Notes under the pieces: model-generated
The model's database searches: none
What the model saw: the letters and a program-made list of their open reading frames with translations, nothing else
Told to the model about the DNA's origin: nothing
Source: Oscillospiraceae bacterium
Lineage (GTDB): Bacteria > Bacillota > Clostridia > Oscillospirales > Ruminococcaceae
Assembly: GCA_022792755.1 (NCBI GenBank)
Contig: JAAWBP010000082.1
Span: forward strand, 1 to 54,732
Length of the DNA: 54,732 nt
Direction: 5' to 3'
Part shown: in pieces, positions 45,907-53,952 of the stretch
Position numbering within the stretch: the stretch's first letter is position 1
Layout of the letters: every line of letters begins with the position of its first letter
Program-made: the position numbers and the translations under genes

Positions 45907-46782
45907 ATGGGAACGGTAAAACAGGAATTCAACCCCCGGCAGGTGATGAGCAGGCCGAACTTTGAGCTGTTCCATTTTTCCGACAACAAGCCTTTGAGTG
46001 TGGATTACCACAACCACGATTTTTACGAAATCTATTACTTCATCTCCGGGAAGGTCAACTGTGTGATCGAAGGGCGGAATTATTACCTCAAACCGGGGGA
46101 TATCCTCCTTATCGGCAACAATGAGGTTCACCGGCCTCTGATCGAGCTGGGGAAGACCTACGAGCGGATCGTCGTCTGGGTTCATCCGAATTACGTTAGG
46201 AACATCGAGCAGGGGGAGATCAATCTCACGGCCTGCTTTGAAGATTCCGCCCGCCGCCACAACAACCTCCTGCGCCCTTCGAATGAAATGTTCCGGATGA
46301 TCCGGAAAATCTATGAACGGCTGGAGGCGGTTTACGGCAGCTCCGCCTACGGCAGCGCCGCCTTGAGCCGTGCTTATATCACTGAGCTTCTGGTTCTGCT
46401 CAACAAAGCTTATTTCGACATGGCGGAGGACGATATGGCCGAGGTGGAGTACAACGAAAAGATCAGCGATATCATCCGTTATATCAACGACCACCTCTGC
46501 GGAGACCTGTCGCTCGATACATTGGCAGGGGAGTTTTACATCAGCAAGTACCATCTGAGCCGGCAATTTAAGGACTGCGTTGGATTTACCCTCCACCAGT
46601 ATGTTTTGAAAAAGCGGCTGATGAACGCCCGCACGCTGCTTCAGGAGGGCGGGACGGTCAACGGCGCTTTTATCCGAAGCGGCTTTAACGATTACTCCAA
46701 TTTTTCGCGTAGCTTCAAGGAAGAATTCGGCTGCTCCCCGAAACAGTACCTAAGGATGGTTCAGAGCAATCCCCTGACCTGA
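45907..46782 (+). CDS. AraC-family transcriptional regulator (cupin sensor plus HTH)
   Basis: ORF trimmed to the ATG at 45907 (GGAGGAGGG RBS). It has an N-terminal cupin-like part (HNHDFYEIYYFISG) and C-terminal AraC HTHs (ISKYHLSRQFK.., GFNDYSNFSRSFKEEFG). It is divergent from uxaC. Confidence 0.85.
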   Translation: MGTVKQEFNPRQVMSRPNFELFHFSDNKPLSVDYHNHDFYEIYYFISGKVNCVIEGRNYYLKPGDILLIGNNEVHRPLIELGKTYERIVVWVHPNYVRNIEQGEINLTACFEDSARRHNNLLRPSNEMFRMIRKIYERLEAVYGSSAYGSAALSRAYITELLVLLNKAYFDMAEDDMAEVEYNEKISDIIRYINDHLCGDLSLDTLAGEFYISKYHLSRQFKDCVGFTLHQYVLKKRLMNARTLLQEGGTVNGAFIRSGFNDYSNFSRSFKEEFGCSPKQYLRMVQSNPLT

Positions 46783-46873
46783 GAAAGCGGGTCAAAGATT
46801 TCGGGGAGTTAAAAAGCCCCCTCGATTACTGATTTTATAGAGGCCGACCCTAGGGGCCGTACCGCTCGCGTAA

Positions 46874-46903
46874 AGCAAAAACCCGGAAAACACTCCGGGT
46901 TTT
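46874..46903 (-). terminator. Terminator after the homocysteine methyltransferase gene
   Basis: The minus strand reads ACCCGGA-GTGTTTT-CCGGGT followed by TTTTTGCTTT. Confidence 0.7.
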
Positions 46904-46944
46904 CATGCAGACATAAAATTGAAGGCTTTAATTTCCTGCGGCTC

Positions 46945-48189
46945 TTATCGAATCACTACAAGCGCCTTTCCGTTGTATTCCCGCGTCATGGCGTCCGCAT
47001 CTTCTTGACTGTGGGCCGTGATGCCGAAGGGGAGCCGGACGGCGGTCTGGAGATGCCCCAGCAGGGCGGAAATCTGCTCCGGCGCCGCGCCGGAAAGCAG
47101 GGTCGTATTGAGCATGACGTATTCCGCCTCTACATCATAGAGCTGATCGAGGATAATATCCAGCACGCTGTCAAAATCGCCGGAAGCGAGATACCCGCTC
47201 AATTCGGCGGCGTTTTCCGGGGTCGCGAGCTGAAGCACGGGAGTGTCCGCCTTGACTTCCACACAAACCGTGGGGGTGCAGGCGGTTTCTCTTGCCGCAA
47301 TTTCCCGTTTGACCGGGGTGAGCGGGAGCACCTTTTCAGCGAGCAGGCGGATATAATCGTAATTTGTGCCGCAGCAGCCGCCCAGGATGTTGACGCCGCT
47401 TCCGGCGAGCTCGGTCATCACTTCGGCGTATTCCTCCGGCGTCACGTCGAAGGAGGTGACCCCGTCCTTTTCCTGCGGGAGCCCGGCGTTGGGCTGGATC
47501 ATGACCGGGAGGTTTGTGAGCCCGGCGAGCTGCTTCGCGTAGGGAAGAAGGTCTTTCGGCCCGACGCTGCAGTTGATCCCGACCGCATCTGCCCCGAGCG
47601 ATTCCACTAGGGCGGCGGTGCTTTCGATGCATCCGCCGGTGTAGGTGCGCCCGTTCTGTTCGATCGTAATCGTGCAGAGCACCGGCAGCTTCGTGTTCTC
47701 TTTGACCGCGAGCAGGGCGGCTTTTACTTCGTAAAGGTCGGCCATCGTTTCGATCAGCACAGCGTCCGCCCCGTATTTTTCGGCTAAAAGCGCCTGCTCT
47801 TTGCACAGGTCGTACGCCTCTTGGAAAGAGACCTCCCCCATCGGTTCGAGGAGCTTGCCGCAGGGGCCCATGTCGTAGACCAGGTAAGCGGGCTTTCCCG
47901 CCTCGTCCACTGCGCGGGCAGCGCATTCGAACGCGGCTTTGACCAGTTCCTCCAGCGTATAAGGCAGCCCTGCGATTTTGAACCGGCTGCAGCTGAAGGT
48001 GTTGAGGGTGATTGCCATCGCACCGCTTTTCAGATAATTCCGGTGGATGGCGGCGACGGTTTCCGGGCTGGTGATGTTGAGGACGGTCGGATTTTCTCCG
48101 GGCTTTAAGCAGCCGTCCATCTGGACAGTGCCGAATGCACCGTCAAAAATCAGAAATCGGTTTTGAATATGAGAACGCAGATCCATCAT
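46945..48189 (-). CDS. Homocysteine S-methyltransferase domain protein with a truncated pterin-binding-like tail (MetH-like fragment)
   Basis: Hcy-binding domain with zinc ligand contexts VGINCSVGP and LGGCCGT. The last 115 aa or so resemble the first half of the MetH pterin-binding barrel and end at ..YNGKALVVIR. Confidence 0.85.
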   Translation of the reverse strand: MMDLRSHIQNRFLIFDGAFGTVQMDGCLKPGENPTVLNITSPETVAAIHRNYLKSGAMAITLNTFSCSRFKIAGLPYTLEELVKAAFECAARAVDEAGKPAYLVYDMGPCGKLLEPMGEVSFQEAYDLCKEQALLAEKYGADAVLIETMADLYEVKAALLAVKENTKLPVLCTITIEQNGRTYTGGCIESTAALVESLGADAVGINCSVGPKDLLPYAKQLAGLTNLPVMIQPNAGLPQEKDGVTSFDVTPEEYAEVMTELAGSGVNILGGCCGTNYDYIRLLAEKVLPLTPVKREIAARETACTPTVCVEVKADTPVLQLATPENAAELSGYLASGDFDSVLDIILDQLYDVEAEYVMLNTTLLSGAAPEQISALLGHLQTAVRLPFGITAHSQEDADAMTREYNGKALVVIR

Positions 48190-48227
48190 GACCGCTCCTT
48201 TCCTGCTTGAACTAAAAGAATGCTGTT

Positions 48228-48257
48228 ATTATACATCACAAAAGGGGCGGATGTAAA
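48228..48257 (-). promoter_or_regulatory. Candidate promoter of the homocysteine methyltransferase gene
   Basis: The minus strand reads TTTACA (48257..48252), 18 nt, then TATAAT (48233..48228). Confidence 0.4.
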
Positions 48258-48279
48258 GGAGCCGTTTTGGAAAGCCGGG

Positions 48280-48308
48280 TTGTATTTTTGGGAAAATCTT
48301 GGTACAAT
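48280..48308 (+). promoter_or_regulatory. Candidate promoter of ispD-ispF
   Basis: TTGTAT (48280..48285), a 17-nt spacer ending in TGG, then TACAAT (48303..48308). Confidence 0.5.
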
Positions 48309-48337
48309 AGGCCGGAAAGCTCGGTGCGAAGGGAGAG

Positions 48338-49018
48338 ATGATCTTGGTATCCGCTGTGATTGTCGCCGCCGGGAACAGCACCCGGATGGGAATGAATAAG
48401 CTGTATTTGAAGATCGGGGGGATTCCCGCCGTCGTGCGGAGCCTTCTCGCGTTTGAGGCCGCTCCTTCGGTGTCGGAGACGGTGGTGGTCTCAAAGCCGG
48501 ACGACCTGGAGCAGTATCGCCTTTGGCGGGAAGAATACGCGCTGAAAAAGCTCCGTGCGGTGGTTCCCGGTGGGGAGACCCGCCAGCAGTCGGTTCTGGC
48601 GGGAATCGCTGCGGCTTCGCCCGAAAGCGGTTATTTTGCCATCCATGACGGCGCACGGCCCTTTATCGATCCGCACGATATCGAGCGGGTGATCCGGGAT
48701 GCAGAACGGTATGGTGCGGCGACGCTGGGCGCGCCGGTAAAGGATACGATCAAGGTCGTTTCCGAAGAGGGGCTGATCGAATACACGCCGGAGCGGAGCC
48801 GGCTGTTTATCACCCAAACCCCCCAGGTGTTCCGGCGCTCAGTCTACCTGGAAGGGGTGGAGGCCGCCCAAAAGGATGGAATTGAGTTCACCGACGACTG
48901 CCAGCTGGTAGAGCACGCGGGGCGGCGGGTTTACATGACGGCCGGGGATTACCGGAACATCAAGCTGACGACCAAGGATGACATCGCGGTAGCAGATGCC
49001 TTTGCAAAGGGGGAGTGA
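48338..49018 (+). CDS. ispD: 2-C-methyl-D-erythritol 4-phosphate cytidylyltransferase
   Basis: Contains VSAVIVAAGNSTRMG..KLYL. The true start may be TTG at 48344, which lies 6 nt after GGGAGAG, because the ATG at 48338 abuts the RBS. Confidence 0.93.
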   Translation: MILVSAVIVAAGNSTRMGMNKLYLKIGGIPAVVRSLLAFEAAPSVSETVVVSKPDDLEQYRLWREEYALKKLRAVVPGGETRQQSVLAGIAAASPESGYFAIHDGARPFIDPHDIERVIRDAERYGAATLGAPVKDTIKVVSEEGLIEYTPERSRLFITQTPQVFRRSVYLEGVEAAQKDGIEFTDDCQLVEHAGRRVYMTAGDYRNIKLTTKDDIAVADAFAKGE

Positions 49019-49021
49019 CAG

Positions 49022-49501
49022 ATGATTCGGGTGGGGCACGGATATGACGTTCACCGGCTGGCGCAGGGCCGAAAGCTCATCCTCGGCGGGGTAGAAGTTC
49101 CGCATACGGTGGGATTGCTGGGCCATTCGGATGCCGACGTTTTGACCCATGCGGTGATGGATGCGCTGCTTGGGGCGGCGGCTTTGGGGGATATCGGGGC
49201 GCAGTTTCCCGACACCGATGCAGCCTACGCAGGGGCGGACAGCATAGGGCTGCTCGAAAAGGTAGCCGCCCTGCTGAAAGAAAAAGGATACCGTGTGGTG
49301 AATATCGACAGCACGGTGATCGCGCAGGAGCCGAAGCTGAAAGGGTATATCCTCCGGATGCGGGAGCGGCTGGCCGGGGCCTGCGGGCTTCCGCTGGACG
49401 CTGTCAGCGTGAAAGCCACAACCGAAGAGCGCCTCGGTTTCAGTGGGCGGGAAGAGGGGATCGCCGCCCACGCGGTCGCACTGGTCGAGACGACTATATG
49501 A
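49022..49501 (+). CDS. ispF: 2-C-methyl-D-erythritol 2,4-cyclodiphosphate synthase
   Basis: [32 protein letters not shown] is typical IspF. Confidence 0.96.
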   Translation: MIRVGHGYDVHRLAQGRKLILGGVEVPHTVGLLGHSDADVLTHAVMDALLGAAALGDIGAQFPDTDAAYAGADSIGLLEKVAALLKEKGYRVVNIDSTVIAQEPKLKGYILRMRERLAGACGLPLDAVSVKATTEERLGFSGREEGIAAHAVALVETTI

Positions 49502-49587
49502 CGCGAACCGGATGCAACAGTCTTGGGAAATGGTGGATTTTTCCCACTGTTTAGCCGCTTTGAATCTGAAAAGAGAGGGGAAACGCG

Positions 49588-50013
49588 ATGCTTACGGACA
49601 AGAGGGAGCAGATCGTCCGGCTCTGGTTTGATATGTGGCTTAGGGCGGAGGACATGGGGCTGACGGATATTTTTACTGCCGATGCGGTCTATATTGAGAG
49701 CTGGGGGCCTGAATATCACGGTGCTGCAAAAATCCGGCAGTGGTTTGCGGAATGGAACACCCGCGGCCGGGTTTTCCAGTGGGAGATCAAACAGTTTTTT
49801 CACAGCGGTACGCAAACTGTGGTGGAATGGTATTTCAAAAACCGCATGAACGACGGGAGGACGGAAGCTTTTGATGGCGTGTCGATCATCCGCTGGACGG
49901 AGGACGACAGGATTTGTGCCCTTCAGGAATTCGGCTGTAATGAACACCGGTATGATCCATATCAAAACGGCGGTACTCCGGAGTTTGAAAACGAAAAAGC
50001 AAAGTGGTTTTAA
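49588..50013 (+). CDS. SnoaL-like / NTF2-fold protein
   Basis: 141 aa with the pattern IVRLWFDMW...DAVYIESWGPEYHG..IRQWF.. and a GAGGGGA RBS. Function unknown. Confidence 0.7.
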   Translation: MLTDKREQIVRLWFDMWLRAEDMGLTDIFTADAVYIESWGPEYHGAAKIRQWFAEWNTRGRVFQWEIKQFFHSGTQTVVEWYFKNRMNDGRTEAFDGVSIIRWTEDDRICALQEFGCNEHRYDPYQNGGTPEFENEKAKWF

Positions 50014-50070
50014 AAACTCCTGCTTTTTCTGATTCAATGGAGGCGGCGCTTTTTATCTTTCTAAAAAGTA

Positions 50071-50100
50071 TTGTCATATTGTCAAAGACGTTCATAGTAT
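50071..50100 (+). promoter_or_regulatory. Candidate promoter of the DUF3343-desulfurase pair
   Basis: TTGTCA (50071..50076), 18 nt, then TAGTAT (50095..50100). It directly abuts the hairpin at 50101. Confidence 0.35.
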
Positions 50101-50151
50101 ATCAACAGGAGTGATCCGGCTAGGCTGGAACGCGCTCCTGTTGATTTTTTA
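50101..50151 (+). terminator. Terminator hairpin downstream of the SnoaL-like gene
   Basis: ATCAACAGGAG-(23-nt loop with internal pairing)-CTCCTGTTGAT followed by a T-run. Confidence 0.6.
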
Positions 50152-50176
50152 TCTTTAAAAACAGTGGTGATGACTT

Positions 50177-50398
50177 TTGGCCAAACAGCTTATTATGCTC
50201 CGCTCGATCACCTACGCATATAAAGCGCGGGATTACCTTTCCCGCCGCGGGATTACAGCGCACATCCAGCGGACCCCCGCCGCCTATTCGAAGTGCGGCT
50301 GCGGCTACAGCATCTGGACGAAGCAGGAACCGGAGATGATCCAAGCCATGCTGGGGCAGGTCGGGATCAAAGTCGTGGGGATTGCGGAAGCGGATTGA
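50177..50398 (+). CDS. DUF3343-like small protein (putative S/Se carrier-like)
   Basis: 73 aa. The core RTPAAYSKCGCGYSI resembles the conserved P-x-P-x-x-x-x-x-CG core of DUF3343 as I recall it. The start is TTG at 50177 or ATG at 50195. Confidence 0.6.
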   Translation: MAKQLIMLRSITYAYKARDYLSRRGITAHIQRTPAAYSKCGCGYSIWTKQEPEMIQAMLGQVGIKVVGIAEAD

Positions 50399-50454
50399 AC
50401 CCGGAAGGTTGATTTTGAGGAGAAAGAGAACGATTTTTGGATGGAGGGATTGAC

Positions 50455-51585
50455 TTGATTTATTTTGACAACGCGGCCACGACCTATCCGAAACCGGATT
50501 CGGTGGTGCGGGGTCTCTCTGAGGCGGCGAGGTATTTTGGAGGGAATCCCGGGCGGAGCGGGCACGCGATGTCTATGCGGACCGCCGCCATGGTTTATGA
50601 CACGAGGAAAAAGGCGGCGGAGTTATTCAACCTCCAGGCCGAAAACGTCGTCTTCACCTTGAACTGCACCCACGCGCTGAATATGGCAATCAAGGGTGCA
50701 GTCAGGCCGAGGGGGCATGTCGTGCTTTCCTGCCTGGAGCACAATTCCGTCCTGCGCCCGGTCTACGCGCTTTCGAAAACAGCGGGTGTCAGCTACAGCG
50801 TAGTGCGTCCGGAACGGACAGACGAAGAAACGGTTCAGGCGTTCGAGCGGCAGATTACGCCCCAAACCCAGGCGATCATCTGCACCCACGCCTCCAACCT
50901 GAGCGGAAAGATCATGCCGGTCGAAAGGCTTTCGGATCTTTGCCGTGCAAGGGGAATCCTCTTGATCGTCGACGCCGCTCAAAGCGCGGGCGTTCTGCCG
51001 ATTGACCTGAAACGGCTGGGGCGCTGCGTCGTCTGCATGGCTGGGCACAAGGGTCTTTATGGTGCATCGGGAACCGGAATGATGCTGCTCGGGGACGGCG
51101 TTTCGCTTTCTACCATTCTGGAAGGAGGGACGGGGAGTGTTTCAAACCAGCTGGAACAGCCGGATTTCATGCCGGACCGTTTCGAAAGCGGCACGGTGAA
51201 CACAGCCGGCATTTTCTCCCTCAGCCGGGGGATGGATTTTGTCCGCAGACATGGGATCAACTGGATTTACCGGCATGAGATGGCCGCCTGCATCCAGATT
51301 TTCGGTGCCCTGACACGCAATCCGAACCTCCGCGTCCTCGACCCCGGTTTCCGGGTGGGCACCCATGTGCCGGTTATCAGCTTCGTGCACAACGGGATGG
51401 ATTCCGGGGAGGTCGGGGAACGGCTCAACCGGGCAGGGATCGCGGTGCGGAGCGGTCTGCACTGTGCGCCGCTGGCCCATGAATTCTACCATTCTCACGA
51501 AACGGGCGCGGTGCGTATTTCTCCGAGCGCCTTTACAACCAGGCAGGATACCGAAACACTGATCCGAGAAGTAAAAAAGATGTAA
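50455..51585 (+). CDS. Class V aminotransferase, cysteine desulfurase family
   Basis: ORF 50437..51585 trimmed to TTG at 50455, 6 nt after GGAGGG, giving the typical M-IYFDNAATTYPKP N-terminus. The PLP-Lys context is MAGHKGLYG and the catalytic Cys context is RSGLHCAPLAH. Confidence 0.88.
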   Translation: MIYFDNAATTYPKPDSVVRGLSEAARYFGGNPGRSGHAMSMRTAAMVYDTRKKAAELFNLQAENVVFTLNCTHALNMAIKGAVRPRGHVVLSCLEHNSVLRPVYALSKTAGVSYSVVRPERTDEETVQAFERQITPQTQAIICTHASNLSGKIMPVERLSDLCRARGILLIVDAAQSAGVLPIDLKRLGRCVVCMAGHKGLYGASGTGMMLLGDGVSLSTILEGGTGSVSNQLEQPDFMPDRFESGTVNTAGIFSLSRGMDFVRRHGINWIYRHEMAACIQIFGALTRNPNLRVLDPGFRVGTHVPVISFVHNGMDSGEVGERLNRAGIAVRSGLHCAPLAHEFYHSHETGAVRISPSAFTTRQDTETLIREVKKM

Positions 51586-51602
51586 ATCCCGGCGGTTTTC
51601 GG

Positions 51603-51631
51603 TTGCATTTCCTTCTTATTATTGGTACACT
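51603..51631 (+). promoter_or_regulatory. Candidate promoter of cdaA-cdaR
   Basis: TTGCAT (51603..51608), a 17-nt spacer ending in TGG, then TACACT (51626..51631). Confidence 0.45.
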
Positions 51632-51692
51632 ATAACTGTATGTAAAGTGAAGAGCTTTCTCGCTTTGACATCGGAAAGAAGGAAGGCGCAGG

Positions 51693-52559
51693 ATGCAGTA
51701 TTTATCGTTTGTCTGGAACTCCCTCATCGGTGTGGTCAAGACGTTCACCATCATGGATTTTATCGACATCGTCCTCGTCTCTTATTTGGTTTATAAGGCG
51801 ATCAGGATTGTGCGTGAAACCCGGGCCGAACAGCTGGTTAAGGGCTTGGTCGTCCTGGGAATCACCTACTTCATTGCGACGATGATTAATCTGAAGATGC
51901 TCTCCTTTATTTTGACAAATGTCTTTACCTTCGGCGTGCTGGCGATCATTGTGGTCTTCCAGCCGGAGCTGCGCCGCGCGCTCGAAAAGGTGGGGCGGAC
52001 AAAGATCGCCGAGCTGGGGGGGATTGCCAGCGGAGATGCCCATTCGGAGCGGGGGCAGACCTGGTCTGCGGCGATCCCCCCGATCGTAGAGGCCTGCGAA
52101 CGGCTGTCCGGCACCAGAACCGGGGCTTTGATCGTCATCGAGAACAAAACAAAGCTCGGCGACCTTCTCCCCGCGGGGACGATCATCGACGCAAAGGTGA
52201 GCACCTCCCTGCTCTGCAACATCTTTTACCCCAATACGCCGATGCACGACGGGGCCGTCATCATGCGGGACGGACGGGTATTGGCGGCAGGGTGTTTTTT
52301 GCCGAGCACCCAGAAGGGAGAATACCTGGACAAGCAGCTCGGCTCCCGGCACAGGGCTGCCCTCGGCATGAGCGAAAACTCCGACGCGATCATTATCGTG
52401 GTCTCAGAAGAAACCGGCATGATCTCGGTGGCGGAAAACGCTGCGCTTGAGCGCGGGTTTAATTCCTACACCTTGACACAGCTTTTGCGGGACAGGCTGG
52501 TGCCGGAAGCCGCTGAGAAGGAGAAGAAAAAAGGCTTGTTTGGGAGGTTCAGACGATGA
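51693..52559 (+). CDS. cdaA: Diadenylate cyclase CdaA
   Basis: Three N-terminal TM helices are followed by a DAC domain (GALIVIE.., MHDGAVIM, RHRAALGMSENSDAIIIVVSEETG). Confidence 0.95.
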   Translation: MQYLSFVWNSLIGVVKTFTIMDFIDIVLVSYLVYKAIRIVRETRAEQLVKGLVVLGITYFIATMINLKMLSFILTNVFTFGVLAIIVVFQPELRRALEKVGRTKIAELGGIASGDAHSERGQTWSAAIPPIVEACERLSGTRTGALIVIENKTKLGDLLPAGTIIDAKVSTSLLCNIFYPNTPMHDGAVIMRDGRVLAAGCFLPSTQKGEYLDKQLGSRHRAALGMSENSDAIIIVVSEETGMISVAENAALERGFNSYTLTQLLRDRLVPEAAEKEKKKGLFGRFRR

Positions 52560-53842
52560 AACGGTTGAAAGAGAGCTGGCTTTCCAAGCTGTTTTACAAC
52601 GACATGGTCGTTAAGATTCTCTCGGTTGTCGTTGCGGTGATCGGGTGGTTCCTTGTGGCGATGATCGTCGACCCTGAAGCGGAGGCGACGATCTACAACA
52701 TCCCGGTTCGGGTCGCGGTGGAGGGCTCCAGCTTGCAAAATCTGGGCTTGAATGTAGTGGGGGGAGAAAACCAGACCGTCAATGTCAGGGTGAAAGGCAA
52801 ACGGTACCAGATCGGAACACTGACGCCTGACGATTTCAATGCGGTCGCCTATCCCACTTCGGTGACAGCGCCTGGGGAATACCAGTTGGAGGTATTTGTC
52901 CAGAAGGCGGACACGACAAAAGAATTTGAGGTGCTTTCCGGGTCTTTGGAGCAGATTACGGTTCGTTTCGACCGGATCGCCACCAAGACGTTTGACCTGG
53001 CGGCCGAGGTGGGCGGCTTGAACTTAGCTTCCGGCTATATCAGGAGTGATCCGGTGGCGACCGCCTCTCCCAAACAGATCACGATTACGGGGCCGGAGCA
53101 GAATGTGAACCGGGTTGGGAAATGTGTGGTTCGCGCTGAAGTGAGCGAGGAGCTTTCGAAAACGCTGTCTGTCAATGGGACGCTGGAAATTCTCGACGCC
53201 GACGGGCAGCCGCTGGAGCCCGAGGAAAATAAGTTTATCCTTTCGTCCGAGAAGTTCGCTGTGACGATTCCCGTTTTAAAACAGAAGATGCTTCCGCTGA
53301 CCTTTGATTATTTGAATGTTCCGGCCGGATTTTCCACCGACCAGCTCGTCTGCCGGATGAGCAGCGAGTCGATTCAGGTTGCGGCTCCGGTTGAGGTCAT
53401 CGACAATATGACGGAGCTGAAGGTAGGCTATGTTGATTTCAAACAGCTCGACTTGAATTATACCAAGGAGTTTGAAATAGAACTGCCGACCGGGTTTATC
53501 AATTCCACCAATCTGACCAAGATCACCGTTTCGTTTGACACATCGGGCTTCACCTCGAAAAACACCTGGATCAGCAAAGACAATCTTAAGATTGTCAATG
53601 TGCCCGACGGTTATCGGGCAAAGGTGGTGACACGGGCGATCAACTCCGTCAGGATCATCGGGAGCGAGGAGAATCTCGTCGGAATCTCCTACCAGGATGT
53701 CGTCGGGGAGATCGACATGATGAATACCAGCGTTGCGGAAGAGGGGCAGTACACCGTACCGGTCACGGTAAAATTCCCGTCTAAGAGCGGGGTTTGGGCC
53801 GTTGGGGAATATACGGCGGTTGTTTCTGTCCAGTCCGAATAG
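52556..53842 (+). CDS. cdaR: CdaA regulator CdaR (YbbR-domain protein)
   Basis: An N-terminal TM helix is followed by repeated YbbR-like beta-rich modules. The start overlaps the cdaA stop (ATGA). Confidence 0.85.
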   Translation: MKRLKESWLSKLFYNDMVVKILSVVVAVIGWFLVAMIVDPEAEATIYNIPVRVAVEGSSLQNLGLNVVGGENQTVNVRVKGKRYQIGTLTPDDFNAVAYPTSVTAPGEYQLEVFVQKADTTKEFEVLSGSLEQITVRFDRIATKTFDLAAEVGGLNLASGYIRSDPVATASPKQITITGPEQNVNRVGKCVVRAEVSEELSKTLSVNGTLEILDADGQPLEPEENKFILSSEKFAVTIPVLKQKMLPLTFDYLNVPAGFSTDQLVCRMSSESIQVAAPVEVIDNMTELKVGYVDFKQLDLNYTKEFEIELPTGFINSTNLTKITVSFDTSGFTSKNTWISKDNLKIVNVPDGYRAKVVTRAINSVRIIGSEENLVGISYQDVVGEIDMMNTSVAEEGQYTVPVTVKFPSKSGVWAVGEYTAVVSVQSE

Positions 53843-53849
53843 CGAGAAA

Positions 53850-53882
53850 GGGCGGCTGTGCTTTTAGTACAGCCGCTTTTTA
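53850..53882 (+). terminator. Terminator after cdaR
   Basis: GCGGCTGT-(9-nt loop)-ACAGCCGC followed by a T5 run. Confidence 0.8.
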
Positions 53883-53952
53883 CGGAAAGACCCTTTTGAA
53901 GACAACCAAGCTCGTGCTATGCGGTTGGACGGCTGAACATTAGGAGGAAGAT

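Noticed and set aside
50071-50151. Promoter-like element immediately followed by a strong hairpin and a T-run. I considered a tiny sRNA or attenuator.
   Set aside because: The predicted TSS falls inside the left arm of the hairpin, so the transcript could not form the full stem. The simpler reading is a terminator for the upstream SnoaL-like gene overlapping the next promoter.
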